64,000 nucleotides of DNA from Octopus sinensis. Its lineage: Eukaryota. The notes under the pieces were generated by a model, which saw only the letters and a list, made by a program, of their open reading frames with translations, was not told the DNA's origin and ran no database searches. Numbering within the stretch: position 1 is the stretch's first letter; the number at the start of each line of letters is the position of its first letter. Below are positions 54,664 through 64,000 of this stretch, piece by piece. The position numbers and the translations under genes are program-made. The DNA is taken from contig NC_043015.1 of assembly GCF_006345805.1 (NCBI RefSeq), forward strand, positions 38,626,001-38,690,000, written 5' to 3'.

Positions 54664-55063
54664 CCAAACCAGAAACCATCACATTGGTTGTTACTGATTT
54701 ATTTTTTATTACATTTAAATATAGTTTATATTTTTATACATTTATTTGTTATTCTAGATTCTTTCAATTACTATTTTTGTCATTATTCATGTAATTAATT
54801 AAATTCCAACAAATGAACTCATTATAGCAATTACTGTAAAAAAACAAGGTTACTCTCGCCAGCTGCTAAATTTGTAACCGGAGTATCGATTCCCAATCGA
54901 AACCGATTTCGTGTCATGCCTTTGCATGGGTAAATATTGGAATATAAAATAACCAGTTTCACTTTCCCAAACTTTATCGTGTAATTAACGTGTTCGACAG
55001 CCACAGGTATGTAAACACACATACCTGGTGAGGCTGTGTCGGTGTCATATACATACATACATA

Positions 55064-55098
<35 letters not shown>

Positions 55099-55227
55099 TC
55101 TGTGGGAACTGATGATGCGCCATAAAGATAAACCCTTTGTAAGGACGGGAAACCTAAGGTAATCCCATAAACAGGCCCGCTCCATATTTAATATTATATA
55201 TATATATATGTATGTATTTATGTATGG

Positions 55228-55287
<60 letters not shown>

Positions 55288-56215
55288 TATATATATGTAT
55301 GTATTATAGAGAGAGAGATTCGGTAAGTTAACCGTTAGTAATCTCGTTTGCATGAAATCGATTAATTTGTCTTAAATTATATCGAAAGAAAAAAAAAATG
55401 AAAAATAATTTTTGTATTTTAATTCATAAAAAAAGGAAAAATATTTGCTAAATTTCCTGTTATTTTTCTCCCCCGAGAGAAAGTCTCGGCTAGAAACATA
55501 CACACACACACATGCGTATATATCCAATTACAATCACCTCTCTTACTGAATAACACGAAAACGACTCGAACCTGTTTGATATCTGAATCTAAATCGCAAA
55601 AGCCCTTTTGTAGCCCCTAAACAAAATCATTTCAAGGCATCACATCATATCGATTCTCTCTTTTTTTTTCTTTTCCTGTAAAATCGAAGAAAATAATAGA
55701 AAAAAAAAGCATGCAACATTGTGTTTATGATGTAAAGCTATCAGCATCTACGTCGGTTCTTTAACCTTTGGAGTTCAAATCCCGCGCAGCAAAGATGTCT
55801 TATGTTCGTCTTTCGTTTCCAGTTAAAGGGTAGGTCAGTCAGGTGGTGACCTGAGCAGGGGTTTATCAATGACATTCTCGAATCGACCATCACCGTCTTC
55901 TTTTCACACTCCATCTGTGTTAACGTGCCCTTCCTTCCTTACTGTAGGTTGTCGATGTTGTCTAGCTGCAGGTCGGCCTCGATTGAGCAGACCTGCGGTC
56001 AAAGATGTTTTAGTTATGACCAACTCCTCTTTTATATATATATGTGTGTGTTTATGTATACGCACACATATATCTATCTATATATATATATATATATATA
56101 TATATTTAAAATGAGGGTGAGAAATTAGATATTAATTTAATTAACATCGATTTCACACCAGTGGTCTAGCATATAAAAAAACTGAAGGGTCAGTAAAATT
56201 GTATTATATACATAT

Positions 56216-56410
56216 TAGAGGAGAAACCACTATGTGGGCACCCTTATACTAGAAATAGATCCGCTATGGTCTTACCACTAAGAAATGTTCTCAAGAAAAA
56301 TTTAGCAAAACAACCAAAACGTAAATTTTTCTTGAGGACATTTCTTAGTGGTAAGACCATAGCGGATCTATTTCTTGCATAAGGGTGTCCGCATAGTGGT
56401 TTCCCCTCTA
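56216..56410. mobile_element. fold-back MITE (near-perfect hairpin)
   Basis: TAGAGGAGAAACCACTATG...CATAGTGGTTTCCCCTCTA; arms of about 88 bp; loop of about 19 nt. Confidence 0.85.
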
Positions 56411-56653
56411 GTATATCTATATATATATATATATATATATAGGTTGTGAGAGGTAATGGTGTCAGTGAGACCCAAAGGTGTCAGGTAATGCTGAATAAGT
56501 GCTACAGACAGACCATAGTTCAGTTCCAGATTTGGTGATCATGCGAATAAGGGGTCCAACTTAGGTCATATATCAGCGTGTGTGTATAAAAATAATTTTT
56601 TTCGTAATGAGATAAAATCCTTGTTTTTTTTTTATCTCATTACGAAAATAATT

Positions 56654-56709
<56 letters not shown>

Positions 56710-57199
56710 GTTTAGTTTTAAAAGAGGGAAGGTTGTGAAATTTCGTAGGTATATTTGGCTGCTATTTCTAGGAAGTCGACCGATCTCATAGGGGTTTGAT
56801 CGTTGAACATATATAGATCAGTAATCTAATTGTCGATGTCAAATCATTTGTTTAGCCCCAGTTTAGTTCCGATCAACCACATTTATGATGAAAGATGTAA
56901 TAGCTGCAACCATCCATCCCGTTCCATCCTCGCGGTATTTCGTCCGTCTTTATGTTCTGAGTTCAAATTCCGTCGAGGTCCACTTTGCCTTTCATCCTTT
57001 CGAGGGGCTATAAATTAAGTACCAGTTTCGTACTAGGGTCAATCTAATCGAATGCTCCCCACCCCCAAAAAAAAATTTCGGGCCATGTGCCTAGAATAAA
57101 AACAAAAATATTTATGATTATATATATATATTATTGTGACGTGTGCTAAAGTCAGTTATACTCCTGGCCACTCTTGAGTTTTGCTTTAATGATACATCA

Positions 57200-57710
57200 T
57201 CATCATCATCATCATCATTTAGCGTCCGCTTTCCATGCTAGCATGGGTTGGACGGGTCAACTGGGGTCTGTGAAGCTGGAAGGCTTCATCAGGCCCAGTC
57301 AGATCTGGCAGCGTTTCTACGGCTGGATGCCCTTCCTAACGCCAACCACTCCGCGAGTGTAGTGGGTGTTTTTTACGTGCCACCTGCACAGGTGCCAGAC
57401 AGAGCTGGCGAACGGCCACGAACGGATGATGCTTTTACGTGTCACTGGCACGGGGCCAGGCGATGCTGGCAACGGACACGAACGGATGGTGCTTTTACGT
57501 GTCACTGGCACGGGGCCAGGCGATGCTGGCAACGGACACGAACGGATGGTGCTTTTACGTGTCACCGGCACGGGGGCCAGCCGAGGCTGACAACGAACAC
57601 GAACGGATGGTGCTTTTACGTGCCACCGACACGGGGCCAGACAGAGCTGGCAAACGGCCACGAACGGACGGTGCTTTTACGTGACACCGGCATGGGGGCC
57701 AGCCGAGGCT
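57200..57710 (+). mobile_element. SINE family C with a 60-bp internal VNTR (about 6 units)
   Basis: GGTGCTTTTACGTG(T/C)CAC(T/C)GGCAC plus a 36-37 bp variable segment, repeated. Confidence 0.85.
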
Positions 57711-57738
57711 ACATATATATATATATATATATATAATA

Positions 57739-58039
57739 TCATCATCTTAATGTCCGTTTTCCATGCTGGCATGAGTTGGACAGTTTGACTGAGGTCTGGA
57801 GAGCTGGCAGCTGCACCAGGCTCCAGTCCTATCTGGCAATGTTTCTACCGCTGGATGGCCTTCCTAACGCCAACCACCCACTACACTCATGGAGTGGTTG
57901 GCATTAGGAAGGGCATCCAGCTGTAGAAACACTGCCAGATCAGACTGGAGCCTGGTGCAGCCTCCTGGCTTCCCAGACCCCAGTTGAACCGTCCGATCCG
58001 TGCTAGCACAGAAAGTGGACGTTAAACGATGATGATGAT
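57739..58039. repeat. inverted pair of family C SINE halves (fold-back)
   Basis: Arms 57739-57877 and 57894-58039 are reverse complements, with a loop of about 16 nt. Confidence 0.85.
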
Positions 58040-58373
58040 ATATACACACATATATATGTATGTATGTCCAGGTGGGGAACCTATATGCCAAGGAAACTGG
58101 GAAACCGGCCCTTATGAGCCTGGCGTGGCTCCAGAAGGAACAAACAAAACATATGCCACAAAGTTATTTCCTTAACTACTGAAGCACAAATGGTGTTAAT
58201 GAAGCGGTTTGTGGCTCGTTATGAAGTGTTGGAAGTTGCCTTCGATACATGAAGGTGTGTCCTGGATGCCATGCATTGCTAGTGCTGTGTATGGGGTAAT
58301 CCCCAGAGATCCATGGTCAGGGCTAATTGTTACAGTGTATCAACTTACCCCTTCTATTTCAGTTTAACACGTC

Positions 58374-59221
58374 ATGCCTAGAAATTACAAAAGGAAGACT
58401 ACAAGTGGGGATACCCCTCCTGATGTCATGGAAAGGGCCGTCAGAAAAGTTGTGGATGGAAAGGAATCATTATGGGATGTTGCCATAAAACAGCACATAG
58501 TGGATGAAATAAACGAATGGAAATCCAAACCCAAGAAGGCAACTGGTACAGAAAAAGGCAACAAAGGGGAAGGGAAAGTCAAGTAAAACGGGTAAAGGCA
58601 AAGGGAAGCAGTCTTGCAGCAGCAAGCAGGTCGCTGATTGGAAATACCTTGTCTGCTCAGATTGGTATTCCAACTCCCTCCCAGGTGAAGAATGGGTGCA
58701 ATGCATGATCTGTAAAGACTGGGCACACACTGACTGCACCGATGGATGACAGGACTTTCTGTGTGATCTGTGTGGTGTGAAGTTAATGGAGGATGATTCC
58801 GACTAGATGGCACATGTAACAATGGGGAAATTGGCTGATGAGGACTCTCAGTATCACAATTAGAATATGAGGTGGTTCAAAGCACAGTTAATTAATTAAA
58901 ATAATGCTTCCTATATGTAAGAAGCAGGAGACATACTCATTTTAAACTTGTTTGCTAACATAATTCTGAGTTATCAAAAGTTGTAATAAAGTACCCCAGT
59001 AAGTGTCACAATGTACCCTGCACTCAGAGAAAGTTGTTACAGCTGACTTCACCTCATTAATTAAAACCAGTCTAATTAATGTTATGTAATTTCTGTTTTT
59101 TGCTGGTGATAACAATAAATAGAGATGTTTTACTAATTAAATCTGAAAAGAAACTTCAGATGTATTCATTTATGTGGGTGCCAAGGCAAAAAAATGTAAC
59201 AACTAGACCTGGTCTCCCCTA
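58374..59221 (+). mobile_element. internally deleted pogo-like transposon relic (psq-HTH plus PHD-like zinc finger, no DDE)
   Basis: MPRNYKRKT..MERAVRKVVDGKESLWDVA (psq-type HTH); frameshifted LVCSDWYSNSLPGEEWVQCMICKDWAHTDC..*..FLCDLC; 3' end GGTCTCCCCTA. Confidence 0.7.
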
Positions 59222-59489
59222 CCTGTCACTGGAATTAGAATTGAACTGGCTGAGCCCATGCAAAAGAAGTTTATGTGTGTGTGGGTGGGTGGTGTGTGTG
59301 TGTGTGAGAAAACTAAATCTTGGCAAAGGTGTTAAAGGTGACAGGAGTAAACTGTTGATGAATTTTACAGATTAAACAAATGGATTTTAAGTGCACAACA
59401 TGAGAACAATGGAAGTATATGTGAAGACAAGTTTCATTCAGTCTCTGGTCACAAATATATTTATATGTTATTGGTTTTTATTGTCAAAG

Positions 59490-59531
59490 CTGTTCACGTC
59501 TGGGATTGGTTTAATGATCTCTAAAAATCAG
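59490..59531 (+). CDS. candidate exon 2 of the gene starting at 54094
   Basis: ttttattgtcaaag|LFTSGIGLMISKNQ|gtatct; phase 0/0, compatible with exon 1; no homology support. Confidence 0.3.
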
Positions 59532-61641
59532 GTATCTGAGTCTCTAACTAAGCCAGGCTGTATCAGTTGGCCATTGCCCTTCCCTTGGACGACATTGATG
59601 GAGACTTGATGCATAGACAAACTCTTGATCATCCTTCCATACAACTTTGTCCAGGCTCTGTACCCTGGAGAGTCGACTGAAGCAAGGCTGCACAAGATTA
59701 TACCAAAGAAGACATTGTGTGGGACTGACAGACACACACACACCCATAGCTAATTGGAGACACACACTCATGTAGTAGATTAACATGGAGATAGATAAGG
59801 AGGACAGTTCCTAGGGTTTAGTAAATTCATCTGTAGGGACCGATCGCTGCGTTAAGAAGCTTGTTTGGCAACCACACTGTTTTGAGTTCAGTCCCATTGT
59901 GTAGCACCTTGAGCAGGCAAGTGTCTCCTATAGCACCAGGTAATGCTTTGTGAGTCAATTCGGTTGATGGGAACTTTGTGGAAGCCCATTGTGTGTGAGT
60001 CTGTGTTCTACCACTTAACCGGTGCTGGTTTGTTTGCATGCCTGTAAGCTAGCAGTTCAGCAAAAGAGACTGATAGAATAAATAACAGGTTGATGGAAAG
60101 GTAAAGAGGGAGACAACGTAACTGGTTTAATAAAACTGGTAAAAATAAGATTAGAGAAAAGATGAGCCACGCCATTGTTTTAAATAGGAATTGTTCTGTG
60201 GAGTGAGAGGTGTTTGGGATGTCTCTCTTCGGCATGATAGGGGAAGGGACAATTTATGTATCTAAAGAAGGGGCCATGGGGAGCGTCAGAACTCTTGTCT
60301 CTTCATAGCACACCTGTGGCATATCCATGCCTGTTGCTAAGGGGTTGCACTGAACAGCACTGCCCCCTCACTATTCAATAGGTCACTTTCAGATTTAGAG
60401 CGATACTCTTATTTTGAAAGTCCACTTTAGCATTATTATTACAAATCAGTGCCCACCCAGAATATTCCGAAGTACCAAAGTCTGTCCACAGGTCTAGACA
60501 TGTCTGGGTAGAATTTTAGACTACATGATAGGTCAACACATTTACACGTATGTTCAATCAAAAGAAACAGGATGTGGTCAATGAGAGAGCTTCTTCCTGG
60601 TCACTCGGTCCGCTAAAAATAGCAGCCAAATCTTCCTGAAATGATGCTCTCAAGTTCCATCTTAAAAATGGAAGGACACGTTGGATAATATAGTCCACTG
60701 CCTGGAAAGGGAAAAAAAAGGTTGGATAGTCATGTCTGGAAGACTTTTGATCATAGGTTCTGTTCCATCAAGTTGACCTGGGGCTTTAACATGAAACAAA
60801 CAGTTGTAGCTTGACTGTGGATGGCTGGTTAACTGGACTGACCAGCAGTTTGTCTGATGGCGATGGTTTGTGTTAGGTTAAAATAGATATGTTGATAAAC
60901 AGGACAAGCTACCAGTTTCTATTACGATTTTAAATTATGATGAGAAAGAGATAACGAAGTCGATAGATAAAGCATTATTTTTGCCGTGCAGTGATGGCGA
61001 TTCATACATATATGTGTGTGTGTCCGTGTGTCCCCAAAGTTTGTTTCTTCATAACTTTTAGAAAAATGGATATTTTTTCAATGAAGTTTTCTACTATTAC
61101 TGATCGATTACTGATCGGAATTTAGTGTGCAAAAAAAAAAAATTTTAATTGGTACTGACACTCGCCACATATCTTTAACGTCCGCTTTCCATGCTGGCAT
61201 GGGTTGGACGGTTTGACTGAGGACCGGTGAGCCTGAAGGCTGCACCAGTCTCCAATCTATTCTACAAAATAAAGCTTGAGATTTTGAAAAAATGATGCTG
61301 TGTCAGTATACATGTGTGCGCCCAACATTTCTCTCTCTCTCTTTTTTTTTCCTACATTAAATTCCATTATAATCATAATCTACAATATCTGAAAGGTATT
61401 TGTAGAAAATTTCATTAAAAAACATTCGTTTTTCTGCAAATTATGAGAAAATCAAAGTCGTGGCGCACGTGTGTGTGTGTGCTGCCAGTGCGCTTATGCG
61501 GCAGGCATACCCACAGTTTGTACATCGGTGGTGGTGGCAATTTAGATTACGATGATATAGGTACATAAATGAAATGGGGTGGGTATATATGGTATTCTTT
61601 CGATATGACTCGACAAAATCATGTGTACCCCCTCCCAATGT

Positions 61642-61713
<72 letters not shown>

Positions 61714-61873
61714 GTGTATATTTAGGGATAAATATACATGTATTGAAATTTTTTATATATGCTAGGCTACTGGTTTTAAATTGATATTAATTAAATTAAT
61801 GTTCAATTTATCTTCCTCATTATTTAAATATCCTTAAAATCTTTTAAAATGTTTTAGCCCGAAGGCCGCGGCC

Positions 61874-61904
<31 letters not shown>

Positions 61905-62530
61905 GGTAGGTAGGTAGTTTAAATGAGTAAACAGTGGTTTGCGGTGGTGGAGGACTAATTGGCAGACAATCTAGTAAAAAAGAACTTGTTGTTTTTAATG
62001 GGAAGCCTGACCTCGACAATAACCGCCGTTATCGCTCGAGTATTGGGGTCGATTCAATCGTCGCCTCTAGCCACCCTTCCAAAATTAGAGACCTCGCGCT
62101 TGTAAATTATTATTGTTAAACACGATCTCTTCACGATAACCTCAGTAGCATTGTTACAGTTATCCTAAGACACCTTGGGTACAAATTTTACTAACGAAAA
62201 CACAGACACGGGACGAAGCATTTGTAGGTCATGTTGTGATGTATCAATTACAAAGTTTCCTTCAGTCGACAGAGCAGCACATAAATGTATAAAGGGTATA
62301 TAGACATATGCGCACAATGGTTAATATGTTTATTGTGAAAAACCCCGTGGTTTCTGGATTTGATGCAAGCGTAGTGCGCGACACGTTGGGAGGGTGTCTT
62401 CTAGAACTGGAAACAATATTAAATTAAATGATCTAGGGGAAGTAACTCAAATGGACCTCATATTTTCATACGTTGAAGATATTATCCAGGCAGGGAGCTC
62501 ATCACTGTATACTATGAACATCAAACAATG

Positions 62531-62800
62531 GGTACTACTTAAGAAGAGTGGTCCCGGTACTCGCGCATCCGCGCTAGCTAATCGTGACTAGTCGATCCTT
62601 TGTGTAAAAAAATTATTTATTTTGTGTTTTATTTACTTTGCTACGTAGTCGTTGTAGGATCGACTAGTTATGACTAGCTAGCGCGGATGCACAAGTACGC
62701 GAGTGCGCGCACCGGGACTACTCTTAATAATAATAATAATAAACATTGTATACAGTGCTCAGGTGCACTACAACTCATCGACTTATTCTTAAATAGTACC
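62531..62800. mobile_element. second MULE-type MITE copy, interrupted by a LINE 3' tail
   Basis: Same TIRs as 54395; TSD CAAACAATG / CAAACAATA; (AAT)n plus a GTGCTCAGGTGCAC insert at about 62725-62780. Confidence 0.75.
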
Positions 62801-63150
62801 CAAACAATATCTATCTCTCACCAGATGGAGTACTTTTTTTGTTGATCTTACCTTATGAGAAAAGTAAAATGGACTCATATCGAAAGAATGCCCTATATAC
62901 CTTCAACACGTGGTTTTCTACAGCAAATTTATAATTTTGATTCCTAACGTGTATAGCCTATACAAGTTAGGCCATGTGCACAGAGTCCGGAGACGAGTTG
63001 GAGACGAGTTTTAAAACCTGCCTAGATAATATCTTCAGTGTATGAAACTCGTAGTTGCTCGTAATTATATACTGGGTACATTATACGATATTTATCTCTC
63101 ATCAGATGGAATACTTATTTTGTTGATTTTACCTCAACGGGAAAATAAAC

Positions 63151-63665
63151 TACCGTAAATCCTCGAGTATAGTCCGCCCCTGATTATAATGCGCAGGGGA
63201 TTTTTAGGGGGCTGTACCGCTGAAAAACCGAAACCTTGTGTATAATACGCACCCCTTCTCTAACTTGAGTCAAGGAGGTCTATATAACATCCTTTGTTTG
63301 TAAAATGTATACGGTAACGTCCTTTATTATTATTGTATATATAACATAATGCAAACGTGTAGCTTTTTTGTGCATTTTGTTTGCAGAAAATAAAGAAATA
63401 ACAGTAATAACGTTTAATAAATGTTGCTTACTGCAAGTTATGGATGATTCTTTTATGGCTTCATTGCTTTCAGGCTTAGCTTAAGGTAGTTTCGCGCCTG
63501 ACATCACAAAATGCATCTGAATAAACATTGCCGGACAGCAAATAGGGACTCAGACATTGCTTAGAAAATAATTTTCATTTTTAACCTCGTATATAGTACG
63601 CACTAAGGATTTTGACCTTTAAATTTTGGGGAAAAAATGTAGATCATACTCGAGGATTTACGGTA
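63151..63665. mobile_element. Tc1/mariner (pogo-type) MITE
   Basis: TA|CCGTAAATCCTCGAGTAT ... ATACTCGAGGATTTACGG|TA. Confidence 0.85.
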
Positions 63666-63683
63666 CATATATATTATGCATAC

Positions 63684-63768
63684 CATCGTCAATACCCTTG
63701 CTGCAGTCCTTCGTCATCATCTGGTTCATGAGGTGCAGCCTCCTGAAATCAGTCTGAATCTCTTCTTC
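63684..63768 (-). CDS. candidate internal exon of an unidentified minus-strand gene
   Basis: Acceptor tttgtgtctctgtgttag; EEEIQTDFRRLHLMNQMMTKDCSKGIDD; donor G|gtatgc. Confidence 0.45.
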
Positions 63769-64000
63769 CTAACACAGAGACACAAACTTATATATATTCA
63801 TTTGAAACAAAAGATATTCAATCTGCTGCTACTCTGAGTTTCTCACTTTGAATGTTTCTGTTGCCAAAAAACAAATCCACAAAGCAAAAAACTCAAAGAC
63901 ATGGTGTAAATCTTTGAATGAATGAATTAAATCTGCACCATGTATTGAGTACTCTTTCTCATTTGTACATTCATTTCCACATTATATATATATATAATGT

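Noticed and set aside
54831-55058. 75-aa minus ORF (..VAVEHVNYTIKFGKVKLV..)
   Set aside because: Starts in a TA microsatellite; no acceptor in a useful position and no recognisable family.
55105-55160. CTGATGA...GAAA as a hammerhead or C/D-box snoRNA
   Set aside because: No stem II pairing, no stem I, and no properly placed D box or terminal stem.

Overview
AT-rich animal genomic DNA. The SINE, MITE and microsatellite content is typical of Octopus (coleoid cephalopod); the species is inferred, not proven. Three genes are identified with confidence: BLCAP (minus, single coding exon 12104-12355), ELP3 (plus, 17 coding exons, 15448-33772, 548 aa) and RTCA (minus, 11 coding exons, 37071-52139, 359 aa). 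BLCAP/ELP3 are head-to-head and ELP3/RTCA tail-to-tail. A fourth gene starts head-to-head with RTCA at 54094 (plus); its first exon looks like a mitochondrial presequence, and DBT is hypothesised from human synteny. Unassigned exon-like segments occur at about 1.6-2.9 kb, 9.0 kb and 62.5-63.8 kb. The remainder is dense repeats: several tRNA-derived SINE families (one with an internal 60-68 bp VNTR), a mariner relic, pogo-like, R4/Dong-like and Helitron relics, piggyBac-, mariner- and MULE-type MITEs, many fold-back hairpins, and two copies of a minimal type I hammerhead ribozyme motif. No CRISPR array, rRNA or true tRNA gene is supported. I see no clearly new multi-gene system. The best leads are the editing-competent BLCAP codons, the hammerhead repeat, the possible RTCA-DBT microsynteny and an apparent antisense gene at the right end.
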